From: Chlamydiales bacterium | GTDB taxonomy: Bacteria > Chlamydiota > Chlamydiia > Chlamydiales > SM23-39 | DNA length: 32,000 nucleotides | Assembly (NCBI GenBank): GCA_965261025.1 | Contig: OZ253438.1 | Coordinates: 510,001 to 542,000, forward strand | Direction: 5' to 3' | In this document: in pieces, positions 8,214-17,046 of the stretch | How positions within the stretch are numbered: position 1 is the first letter of the stretch | How the letters are laid out: the number at the start of each line of letters is the position of its first letter | Made by a program: the position numbers and the translations under genes | Notes under the pieces: model-generated | Database searches by the model: none | Told to the model about the DNA's origin: nothing | Seen by the model: the letters and a program-made list of their open reading frames with translations, nothing else

Positions 8214-9669
8214 ATAAAGAAGATAAAAACTCTACCAGAAGCCGTACAGGCATGCCTGTTGCCTGAGCAGGGTGATATCCTACTGCTTTTTGGAAAAAGG
8301 CTGTCCCTGCAATATCCAAGTGGATAAAAGGAATCTTTTCTGGAACAAAGTCATGTAAAAAAAGGGCGGCCTGGATAGAAGAAGCCTCTCGTCCAGCCGA
8401 ATTTTTAATATTTGCCATCTCAGACTTCAACATTGCCTTGTAGGGAAGATAAAAGGGAAGAGGCCAAGCCAGCTCTCCCGTCTCCTTGGAAGCTTTTTCT
8501 AAAATGTGTCCAGTTTTATCACAGGTGGAGAAAAAACCTGTTAACTCGTCTCCCAAAGCAACGACTACTCCCCCTGTTAAAGTAGCAACCGTTACTAAAG
8601 CATCTGGGGAAAATTTTTTCGATACATAACTGATAGCATCGGCTAAAATAAGCCTCCCTTCCGCATCAGTATTCGTAATTTCTACTGTCTTTTTACTATA
8701 GGAAGTATAGACATCCCCTATCTTATAGCTTTTGCTATCAATCGAATTTTCTGCTGTGGGAATAGCGCCTACTACGTTCACAGGCAGATCCAAAGAAGCC
8801 ATAGCAAGAAAGACTCCGAGAACAGAACCTGCTCCCCCCATATCTTGTCTCATATCTATCATGTTGGTAGTAGGCTTTAAGGAAAGCCCACCTGTATCGT
8901 AAGTGACTCCTTTCCCTACCAAAGCAATCTTTTTCTTTTTTTTAGGAGCTCCTCTATAGGTAAGAAGGATCAGTTTAGGCTCTTCTTCAGAAGCTCTTCC
9001 TACAGCAAGCAAAAGCCCCATCTTCTGCTGCTCTAGCTTTCTCTTATCGAATACCTCAACCTTGATTTTTTTAAATCGCTTAGCAAGATCCAGTGCTACT
9101 TCAGCCAATTTGCTAGGAGTTACCTCATCTGCATTTTTATTCACAAGATCTCTTGTTAAAGAAAGAGCCTCGAAGAGTTTTTCCACCTTTTTGAAAAGAG
9201 CAGAAGGTTTTAAGGAAGTCAAAAAATAAAACTCTTTAAACAGCCCCCCAGAAAAGTCCTTGTAGTCCTGAAAATGGTAATTTGCATAGACAGCACCTTC
9301 TACACAAGTCTGCAAAATCTCTTTTTCTGTAAAGGAAAGACTAGTCGGCATGCAAAAAAGCGCTGAAGAAAGCTTTTTAGGGTGAATTCTGCGAACAGCC
9401 TCTCCCACTATTCTTCTAAAAGCCTCCAAATCAAGCTTCTTTTTATCTCCAAGTCCGATTAAAAAAACCCTCTTTTCTTTCTTACTTTTAGGATAGAAAA
9501 GAACGAATTCTCCTTTTTTTCCGGAAAAATCCTTTAACTGGTAAATCTCCTCTATTTCCTGCTTTAAAGGCTCTTCCTGAACAAGCACCTTTTCCTCTTC
9601 CGAAACAAAAACTAGCAAAATGTCAGAAGAAGGTCTTTTTGCAAAATGAGAAACCGCCTCCAACTTCAT
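8206..9669 (-). CDS. pepA: Leucyl (cytosol) aminopeptidase, M17 family
   Basis: 487 aa. M17 signature NTDAEGRLILADA, plus VGKGVTYDTGGLSLKP and DMGGAG metal/substrate blocks. The start overlaps the ssb stop as TAATG. Confidence 0.93.
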   Translation of the reverse strand: MKLEAVSHFAKRPSSDILLVFVSEEEKVLVQEEPLKQEIEEIYQLKDFSGKKGEFVLFYPKSKKEKRVFLIGLGDKKKLDLEAFRRIVGEAVRRIHPKKLSSALFCMPTSLSFTEKEILQTCVEGAVYANYHFQDYKDFSGGLFKEFYFLTSLKPSALFKKVEKLFEALSLTRDLVNKNADEVTPSKLAEVALDLAKRFKKIKVEVFDKRKLEQQKMGLLLAVGRASEEEPKLILLTYRGAPKKKKKIALVGKGVTYDTGGLSLKPTTNMIDMRQDMGGAGSVLGVFLAMASLDLPVNVVGAIPTAENSIDSKSYKIGDVYTSYSKKTVEITNTDAEGRLILADAISYVSKKFSPDALVTVATLTGGVVVALGDELTGFFSTCDKTGHILEKASKETGELAWPLPFYLPYKAMLKSEMANIKNSAGREASSIQAALFLHDFVPEKIPFIHLDIAGTAFFQKAVGYHPAQATGMPVRLLVEFLSSLFA

Positions 9670-10088
9670 TAAAAAGGTACCTCCTCTTCCGCATTAAAAG
9701 AGCTTTCCTCAGAAGGTCTTTCTTTAAAAGGGCCTTCTGCCTCCATAGCTTTTTCAGAAGAGTTTCGCTCCCCCCCCCTTCCAAAGGGACTAAATTCTAG
9801 ATGGGTTGCCGTAATTTCCAAGGAAATCTGGGGTTTCCCCTCTCTGTCATTGAAAATCTCTGGTTTTTGCATCTCCCCATGAACAATAACAGGGGATCCT
9901 TTTTTCAAATAGGGCATCATTTTTTCAAACAAATCCCCCCAGATAGTGACCCGCCACCAAAGAGTCACCTCTTTTCCCCCTTTCCTTGAATTCACAGCTA
10001 CCCTAAAAACAGTCACTTTTTTCCCAGAAGAAGTGAACCGAACTTCCGGATCGCTTCCTAAATGCCCTGCTATATGTAAGTAGTTCAT
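9669..10088 (-). CDS. ssb: Single-stranded DNA-binding protein
   Basis: OB-fold N-terminus MNYLHIAGHLGSDPEVRF...WWRVTIWG and an acidic C-terminal tip EEEVPF (compare DDDIPF). ATG at 10088 is preferred over 10124 because AAAGGAGG sits about 9 nt upstream. Confidence 0.9.
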   Translation of the reverse strand: MNYLHIAGHLGSDPEVRFTSSGKKVTVFRVAVNSRKGGKEVTLWWRVTIWGDLFEKMMPYLKKGSPVIVHGEMQKPEIFNDREGKPQISLEITATHLEFSPFGRGGERNSSEKAMEAEGPFKERPSEESSFNAEEEVPF

Positions 10089-10238
10089 AATAAAGGCCTC
10101 CTTTTCAAAAGACCTCATTATCAACAGGATTGGTTATACAAGCAAGGGAAAAGTTCTGCTCTAATTCAACAAAACCTTTGAAAAAGAGGTTTTATAAAAT
10201 AAATATTTTACTTGCTTATATTGCTGGTTTTAGGTAGA

Positions 10239-10952
10239 ATGCTTTCCATGAAGAGTTTTTTTCGAAGCTTATACTTCCCTTCCTTTAGAGAACTAGAGCC
10301 TGGGGAACTTCCTTTTTCCCAGATTTATCAGCTCTGCCTAACCCAATCTTCCCTAAAAAAAGCAATGTTTAACCATCTCCCTATTTTTATAGCCATTGCT
10401 GAGAGCTCTTGTTTCTTTCACCCCTTTCGTTTTATTCCCTCTTTGGCCTCTCTTTTTTCCAAAAAATCCAGTCCCTATTTCTTAACAGAAGGAGAAGAGG
10501 AAAGGGCAAAGGCTCCCTTTTGCCAGGTTATGAGTGGGTCTACTGTTTTTGAAGGAGTTTTAGTGGAAAGAGCGGACGGGGCTCTTTACCTGAAAGTGGG
10601 CTCTTTTCTTTTTAAACAACTCTCCTGTTGTTCTTCTCTTGCGAAAAAAGAGTCTTTTATTCTGGTCATGACAGCACAAGAGAGAAAAAATTTGGCTATA
10701 GATAGTAAACAGGAGCTAGGAAAAAAGATGTCTTTCTCCTTGAAGGGTTTTTTCGAAGTAGATCTTCCTTTTAAAAAGAGAACGCTTGAGTTTATAAAAA
10801 TTTTTTCCGAAGAACTACAAGAGCTGCGCCAAAAATACCTACTCCCCTCCCTTTTACAAGGAAGGGACTTCTTTCTCCCCATTAAAGAGCGTCACTTAGA
10901 AAAAAGCCTTCCTTCTTCTTTAAAAATTAACCCAGCCTTGCTAAGCGCTTAA
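10239..10952 (+). CDS. Hypothetical protein (about 237 aa)
   Basis: Long ORF divergent from ssb. Start is ambiguous: TTG 10212, ATG 10239 or ATG 10248. No motif recognised. Confidence 0.5.
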   Translation: MLSMKSFFRSLYFPSFRELEPGELPFSQIYQLCLTQSSLKKAMFNHLPIFIAIAESSCFFHPFRFIPSLASLFSKKSSPYFLTEGEEERAKAPFCQVMSGSTVFEGVLVERADGALYLKVGSFLFKQLSCCSSLAKKESFILVMTAQERKNLAIDSKQELGKKMSFSLKGFFEVDLPFKKRTLEFIKIFSEELQELRQKYLLPSLLQGRDFFLPIKERHLEKSLPSSLKINPALLSA

Positions 10953-11190
10953 GGAGAACTCTTTTTGGGAAATTCCCCAAAATCTTCTACTTTTCAAAGC
11001 AATATTTTAAAATAAACCTCACTTTTAGTAAGTCAAACATCTTATTTGGTAACTCTATCTTCTTTGAAATTTTAAATTCTAATTGTAAGAAAAGGTGTTT
11101 TTATCTTTTAATGTCTCTTTTTACAAAGGAAAAGAGGTTATTTTTCTCCATTTTTGGAAAGAAATACTCCTTTCTCTAAAAGAAAAATAT

Positions 11191-14169
11191 ATGAGCTGTT
11201 CCTTAACTGTAGATACCCGTTTACCTACTACCCAAAATCCCTTACCTTCCCCCGAAATTTTACAAAATTTTCTTACATTCTTAGTACAACTGGAGCTGCC
11301 CCCTTCTAGTCCTGCTAAGACATCTATCCATCTTGCTGGTAAAATTACCGACCCTACCCATCTACCTAGCACTTGTAAAGTTGAAGGGGTATTTCCTTTT
11401 CTTATCACTCCATCATCAAAGGGAAATTCTCCTGGAACACCTGCTATGAAAGCCTTCTTTTGCGAGCACCCTTCTCCACTAAATCTTGATACTTTAAGCC
11501 TTCCAGTAAAAGCCGTTTTAAAACTTCACCTCATTCCTCTACTTCGAAAGCATCCCGAGCTGACTCCTAGAGAAAAACCCCTAGGAAGCTTCTCGAATCA
11601 GGTAAAAAAGACGAAAGAAGAGACTCTTGAACAGGCTTCAGAAAACATACTTGAAGGCCCTTTTTCTGAAACATCCCTGGAAACAGTCTTTATTCTTATA
11701 AGCCTTATAAAAACTCCTTCAAAACGAAATTCCCTTTTACAGAAGGTCTCTCGTAAAATCTATTCTCCCAGGCTCCTGGACTCTATAGAGTCCTTCCATG
11801 GAGCTATTAAACAGCAACTTACCCATGAAGAAGATAGGGATCTGCTTTTCTATTATCTAACCCTTGCCTACTTTGAATCAAGTCCTACAAAAATCCCTGA
11901 TCAAATAGATTTTCAAGCTCTTTTCAAGATAGGAAGCCTTATAATAAATCCTTCTAAAAAAGAAACTCTACGGGAAGCTATATCCGAAGCAATTTTCACT
12001 CACTACAACTTACCTGATGATTGGGAAAAGGTTTTTACCCTTACTGATCAGATCGATCCTGATGAACAGGTAAAACTTCTTTATTGCCTAGCTTCTACTT
12101 ATTTTTATCGTACTCTTTCCCCTGAGCTTCCCGAGAACTCCTTAGAAGTAGTGGTTGAAAAAATAAAACAGAAAAGCCCTTCTAGCAAGAGAAAAGAGCT
12201 GATTCAACAGCAATGCTTTTTTAGCGGCTTACAAAGGAGTATAAAAAGCAAGACAAACATCAGGCAGACCCTCTCTTACCTAGGTAAGGTACGGGATAGA
12301 GAAACTCGAAATTTTTTACTAGAACTTATAGCAGAAGAGTTTTACACAGTTTTTCAACAAGATGCTTCTTTTACCCAATCTTTGCGTCAGACTTTTTCTC
12401 CTCTTTCAAAAGAAGATCGAAGCATTCTCCTCCATAAATTGACGGAAATAGACTTATCTTCTCAAAAACCCTTAACGAAACAGAATGTGGCTTTTTCCCT
12501 TATCCTTATAGGGCTTGTTGGATACTCAAATAGGGAAAGGTCCCTGACTTTGGCTTCTCAAAACCTTTTTTTTCTTATACAAGAAGAGGCTATAAAAGAA
12601 GTGCTGAAACAGGTAAAACAGTCTCTTTCTGAACAAGAAACAGACGGCTTTTTCCTTGCCCTTACTCAAGCCTATACGAAAGTTTTGCCCTGTTTAAATC
12701 AAGGTCAAAGCTCTTTTCTCAAAATCCTTGTAGGATTTATAAAAGACCCTCATAAAAAGCAGGAGTTAATAAAAGAGGTAGTCTTTACCCTCTTACAAAA
12801 AAAGGGGGATATAAAATACCTTCCCCCTCTAATAAATCAAATAGAAGAGGATGAGTCTAGAAGTTCCTTAAGGGAGCTTTTCCTAAAAAGGATCAAACAA
12901 AATCCTACAGAAGAATCCCTAAACTCTCTTCTTCTATTTCCTCCTGAAGATCAAGCTTTTTTTACCTTTCCACTCACAGTTCACTTTTTTTGTGAAAGTG
13001 ATATCGAAAAAGCTTCAAAAATGCTCCATTTTGCCCCTATCCGAGAAAAGCCCCTCTTGGCTCTTATTGATTCTTGCGTAAGATCCCTGGTTTCTCTGAA
13101 CCTAAGACAAAGCTCTTTTCTTTTCCAACTCCTGAATTTGATAAAAGATCCTTATGAAAAGCAAAAAGCCCTAGAAAGAGCAGCTTCTACTCTCTTACAA
13201 AAAAGCAGAGATATAGAATACCTTCCCCTTCTAATAAATCAAATAGAAGAGGATGAGTCTAGAAGTTCCTTAAGGGATCTTTTCCTAAAAAGGGTCAAAC
13301 AAAATCCTACAGAAGAATCCCTAAACTCTCTTCCTCTATTTCCTCCTGAAGACCAAGCTTTTTTTACCTTTCAGCTCACAGTTCATTTTGTTCAGGAAGG
13401 AAGGGTTAAAGAAGCTTTTTCTATTTTGAAACAACTGAACCAATCTTCTATTAATAAAGAATCAAAGTTGGCTCTTCTGTTACAAATCTTTATGGAAGTA
13501 TTAGGTATGGATCCTTTGAACGATTTGCAAGTTTCTTTTCTTATCTCGTTAGTAAATCATCTGGAGGACCCTTATAAAGAAATTTTACAAGTATTTTTGT
13601 CTCCCTTCCTTTCTTCTGGACCTAACTCTTTAGAAGAAAATCTAATAGAATCTGCGGCCCGGTTTATGGAAGATATAAAAATCTCAAAATATAAAGAAGC
13701 CTTGCGAGATTTTTTTCTAGAAATACTAATACAAAATCCAGAGAAGAATTACATAAAATATATTCCAAACCAGCAGAGACCTTTCTTTCATTTTCATTTA
13801 ACTCTCCATTTTTTAGAAAACCAGAACTATGAGAGCGCAGAAAAAGAATTAAAACAGTTAAAAGCTCACTCTTCAACAGAGGAAAGCTCTTTTTGGCTAT
13901 ATCAACTTGTCATCCAAGCTCTACCCCGCTGCTCTTTTCATTGGAGCCAATCTAGATTTTTATCCCTTATTATACACAAATTAGACGATCCTTTTGATAA
14001 ACAGGTTCTTTGGCAAGAAACAGCTAAAGCTAGCTTAAGTACCAAAGAAGGGAGATCTTCTGCCCGTTTCTTTATTGAACAAATAAAGGATAATGAAGAG
14101 AGAGAGAAACTGAAAACGGCCCTTTCTCTAAGAGAAAGCTTCTTCCAAGATCAAAAAAATAACTTTTAG
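11191..14169 (+). CDS. Large hypothetical alpha-helical repeat protein (about 990 aa)
   Basis: Uninterrupted 3-kb ORF; GTG 11095 or ATG 11191. A recurring module (hydrophobic-x-L-I-K/N-D/T-P-x-K-K/R...) appears along the whole length. Four clear 134-140-aa repeats occupy the C-terminal third. Confidence 0.7.
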   Translation: MSCSLTVDTRLPTTQNPLPSPEILQNFLTFLVQLELPPSSPAKTSIHLAGKITDPTHLPSTCKVEGVFPFLITPSSKGNSPGTPAMKAFFCEHPSPLNLDTLSLPVKAVLKLHLIPLLRKHPELTPREKPLGSFSNQVKKTKEETLEQASENILEGPFSETSLETVFILISLIKTPSKRNSLLQKVSRKIYSPRLLDSIESFHGAIKQQLTHEEDRDLLFYYLTLAYFESSPTKIPDQIDFQALFKIGSLIINPSKKETLREAISEAIFTHYNLPDDWEKVFTLTDQIDPDEQVKLLYCLASTYFYRTLSPELPENSLEVVVEKIKQKSPSSKRKELIQQQCFFSGLQRSIKSKTNIRQTLSYLGKVRDRETRNFLLELIAEEFYTVFQQDASFTQSLRQTFSPLSKEDRSILLHKLTEIDLSSQKPLTKQNVAFSLILIGLVGYSNRERSLTLASQNLFFLIQEEAIKEVLKQVKQSLSEQETDGFFLALTQAYTKVLPCLNQGQSSFLKILVGFIKDPHKKQELIKEVVFTLLQKKGDIKYLPPLINQIEEDESRSSLRELFLKRIKQNPTEESLNSLLLFPPEDQAFFTFPLTVHFFCESDIEKASKMLHFAPIREKPLLALIDSCVRSLVSLNLRQSSFLFQLLNLIKDPYEKQKALERAASTLLQKSRDIEYLPLLINQIEEDESRSSLRDLFLKRVKQNPTEESLNSLPLFPPEDQAFFTFQLTVHFVQEGRVKEAFSILKQLNQSSINKESKLALLLQIFMEVLGMDPLNDLQVSFLISLVNHLEDPYKEILQVFLSPFLSSGPNSLEENLIESAARFMEDIKISKYKEALRDFFLEILIQNPEKNYIKYIPNQQRPFFHFHLTLHFLENQNYESAEKELKQLKAHSSTEESSFWLYQLVIQALPRCSFHWSQSRFLSLIIHKLDDPFDKQVLWQETAKASLSTKEGRSSARFFIEQIKDNEEREKLKTALSLRESFFQDQKNNF
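12700..13503 (+). repeat. Tandem 402-nt (134-codon) in-frame duplication inside the repeat-protein gene
   Basis: Copy 1 is about 12700-13101 and copy 2 about 13102-13503. The core 12790-12985 versus 13192-13387 shows about 12 mismatches in about 196 nt by eye. More diverged copies follow at about 13520 and about 13940. Confidence 0.85.
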
Positions 14170-14454
14170 GAAAAGGGGATATTTTGCGGAAGAAACAGTA
14201 GAGCCCGCTCTTTGAGTTAGGAGAAGAACTAGAGTTTACACCGAATCTATTCTCGCACTGATATTAGATCGATTCAACCCTGCCTTAGATAATATCAATA
14301 GGGCCTTTGATGCGGCCCGCCTATAGTTAGTATTGTTTATCTGCCTGCAAAAACGGCTCAGGAAAGCCACTACAATAGCGAAAAGGTCTCAAAAATTCCT
14401 TTTTTCTCTATTGCCTTGAAAGCCCTTGCTTTGTACGATAGAGAACAGTCTCTT

Positions 14455-15762
14455 ATGAAACAAAAGATCTTCTATCTTTTTATTCGCCTGGTCACGTTTC
14501 CTTTGGGTTTTTGTCCTCTTTCTTTTCTTCGAGTTTTAGCAAAGATTCTAGGCTCCTTAGGATTTTACCTCTTTCCTTTTTATAGAAAAAGAACGCTAAG
14601 CAATCTTGCCATGACAAATCTTTTCAGCTCAAAAAAAGAGCTAAAAAAAGTAGCTAAAGCATCGCTACAAAATCTTATGATAAACTGTTTAGAATATCCC
14701 AAGCTATATTATGCAAGGAATCTGAAAAAATATTTTTTTTGCAAAAACCCTGAAGAAGCACAAAAGATCTACCAACAAGGGCAAGGGATCCTTTTTTTCT
14801 GTGGGCACCAAGCCAATTGGGAAGCTCTTTTTTTGGATGGAACCAGTCGTATGAAAGGCCTTACTATAGGTAAACCTGCTAAAAATAGCTATTTGTATGA
14901 TTGGGTAGTAAAAATCAGGGAGCGTTTTGGGGGAAAGGTAATAAACCCTAAGGGAGCCTTGAGAAAAGTAGTCAAATCCTTAAAAGAGGGAACTTTTGTA
15001 GGGATTGTGGGCGACCAAGGGAATCCTGAATCAGAATATTTCTATCCTTTCTTTGGAAGAAAAGCCTATATATCTCTTACTCCTGCCATTTTAGCCTACA
15101 AAACTAACTCCCCTATTTTAGTAGCTATGACAAAAAGGGTTTCTAAGGGTTACGAGCTTTCTTATTCTAAAGCATTTTGGCCTGATTTAACCAAGCCTTT
15201 AAAAGAGGAAAGCTTTCGCCTTATGGATCTTGTTTTACAAACATTTGAAGAAAGCATAAAAAAAGCCCCTTCTGAATGGCTTTGGTCTCACAATCGCTGG
15301 AAAAGACAAACTCCCAAAGTACTGTATAAAAAATATCGCCAAGATGTAGTTGCTTTTTTCTTACCTTTTGAAAAAGACAAACTCCTTCTTTTACTTCCCC
15401 TTTTAAAAACGCTTTTCTCACTCTACAAAAAAGAACATACCCTCTTAGTTGTTCCACAAAATCTAACTTCTGTTTTGAAGGAAAAGGTTTTTCTAGAAAA
15501 AACCTTTCAAGAAGTAAAATATATAAATACCCCTCAAGAGCTTTTTTTTTGGGACTTTCGCCCAAAGCTCATTTTTAATTTTTCTGGGATAAGGAAAGTA
15601 AAACAATTTTTCTTAAGGCAAAGCGCCTTCTATGTGCTCAATGAAAGGGATTTTTTCTCTCTGGCAAGGCCTTATCTTTTAAAAAAAACAAGCTTACATG
15701 ATGCATGCCTTCGTGCTCTATGCAGGCCCGGCTCTGTTTGGGAGTGGGAAAATGCCTCATAA
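14455..15762 (+). CDS. lpxL: Lipid A biosynthesis late acyltransferase (LpxL/HtrB family) with a C-terminal extension of about 150 aa
   Basis: N-terminal membrane anchor, acyltransferase motif CGHQANWE (HX4E), GIVGDQG, FFGRKAYISLTPAILA, and the family's usual terminus PSEWLWSHNRWKRQ. About 150 further residues follow. ATG 14455 is preferred to TTG 14416. Confidence 0.8.
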   Translation: MKQKIFYLFIRLVTFPLGFCPLSFLRVLAKILGSLGFYLFPFYRKRTLSNLAMTNLFSSKKELKKVAKASLQNLMINCLEYPKLYYARNLKKYFFCKNPEEAQKIYQQGQGILFFCGHQANWEALFLDGTSRMKGLTIGKPAKNSYLYDWVVKIRERFGGKVINPKGALRKVVKSLKEGTFVGIVGDQGNPESEYFYPFFGRKAYISLTPAILAYKTNSPILVAMTKRVSKGYELSYSKAFWPDLTKPLKEESFRLMDLVLQTFEESIKKAPSEWLWSHNRWKRQTPKVLYKKYRQDVVAFFLPFEKDKLLLLLPLLKTLFSLYKKEHTLLVVPQNLTSVLKEKVFLEKTFQEVKYINTPQELFFWDFRPKLIFNFSGIRKVKQFFLRQSAFYVLNERDFFSLARPYLLKKTSLHDACLRALCRPGSVWEWENAS

Positions 15763-16456
15763 CCGTTTTTATTGTCCAGAAGATCTTAAAAAGGAAAAGA
15801 AACTATCCCTTTCCTCGGAAGAGGCAAAACATGCCCAGGTATTTCGCCTGCAAAAAGGAGATCTTTGTGAAGTGGTAAACGGCAAAGGAACTCTTGGTAA
15901 AGCAAAAATACTTGCCCTAGAAAAAAGAGAATGTAAAGTTCAGATTCTCTCTACAGAAGAAAAAATAAAAACCTCCTCCTTTTTCTTAATTGTGGGCAAC
16001 CTAAAACCCACAAAGCTTGATCTGATAGTACGCATGGCAACAGAAATCGGTGTGGATCACTTTTTCTTCTTTGATGCCTTTTTTTCTGAGAAAAAGGGAC
16101 TTTCAATTAGTCAAACAAGTAGACTGAGACAAATTGCTATTTCCGCTTTAAAGCAATCAGGGGGATTTTTTCTTCCTCAAATCTCCTATTGTACTTCTCT
16201 CGAAAAAGTTCCTATTTTTCCCGGGTATTCTTACTTTTACGCAGATCCTTTTTCCTGTCCAAAAGTTACAGTTAAACCTCAAAATATTGCTTGTATTATA
16301 GGTCCTGAAAAAGGCTTTTCTCAAAAAGAACGGTCTTACTTGGATGAAAAGCTCAAAGCTATTTCTCTTCTGCTTTCTCCCAAAGTACTAAGGACAGAAA
16401 CAGCAGCCGTTGTTATCGCCTACTTTTTTTGCGGATATACCTTGGATGGTAAGTAG
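15752..16456 (+). CDS. rsmE: 16S rRNA (uracil1498-N3)-methyltransferase RsmE
   Basis: MPHNRFYCPEDL...EEAKHAQVFRLQKGD opening and IIGPEKGFSQKE SPOUT C-terminal motif. ATG 15752 overlaps the lpxL-family stop by 11 nt. Confidence 0.85.
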   Translation: MPHNRFYCPEDLKKEKKLSLSSEEAKHAQVFRLQKGDLCEVVNGKGTLGKAKILALEKRECKVQILSTEEKIKTSSFFLIVGNLKPTKLDLIVRMATEIGVDHFFFFDAFFSEKKGLSISQTSRLRQIAISALKQSGGFFLPQISYCTSLEKVPIFPGYSYFYADPFSCPKVTVKPQNIACIIGPEKGFSQKERSYLDEKLKAISLLLSPKVLRTETAAVVIAYFFCGYTLDGK

Positions 16457-16654
16457 TCTAAAAAAACGATTCAGCTAAACTTTGGATTTACCCTTACCTC
16501 TTTTCTAAGAAGATTTTTTTCTAAAAAATAGACGCCACCCCGCTAAATATATAAAAAAATAATTTTAAAACTAATTATTACAAAAAAAATGGAGTTTTAA
16601 ATAACTCTTGAAGTAAAGTACTGGATAATTCTTTTAACTCAAACAAGGTGTATT

Positions 16655-17044
16655 ATGAACCCAGTAACTCCTAATTCCCCACAAATAGCTACAGCAAATA
16701 CTACAGCGCAGCCAACAGAATCAGGGACTAATGTAGAATTGTCCCCTCAAGAAGAAAAGGTTGTTACGGCTGCTTCCCATATCATAAAGACAATTCCCTC
16801 TGTAGGGAAAGAGCCTAAGCTTGGTAGACAGGGAAAAGTTTCGATTCCAAAGGAAGCGGAGGGGCCGAGAAAAAGAAAGGGAAGAGACAAATATGATGAA
16901 ACAACTTTCATCCCAGAATTTTTTCTGGGAAAAAGGGAGATTCAAAGACAAAAGCGCCAGGAAAAAGGCTCCAAACCGAAAAGCCTACTTCCTTCAAATT
17001 CATCCCTCCCTTCGAAACCAAAGGCTAAAAGAAGCTCTAAGTGA
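16655..17044 (+). CDS. Hypothetical small protein (129 aa), low complexity with a Lys/Arg-rich C-terminal half
   Basis: AAGGTG lies 6 nt before the ATG. Predicted disordered, basic tail KRKGRDK...KPKAKRSSK. A competing ORF in another frame (16821..17063) lowers confidence. Confidence 0.4.
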   Translation: MNPVTPNSPQIATANTTAQPTESGTNVELSPQEEKVVTAASHIIKTIPSVGKEPKLGRQGKVSIPKEAEGPRKRKGRDKYDETTFIPEFFLGKREIQRQKRQEKGSKPKSLLPSNSSLPSKPKAKRSSK

Positions 17045-17046
17045 AT

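Noticed and set aside
12700-14169. Regularly spaced repeats, considered as a possible CRISPR-like or satellite array.
   Set aside because: The period is 402-420 nt, in frame, inside one long ORF, with diverged protein-coding units. This is a protein repeat, not a CRISPR array.
15221-15565. 114-aa minus-strand ORF within the lpxL-family gene.
   Set aside because: It is antisense to a well-supported CDS and has no features of its own.
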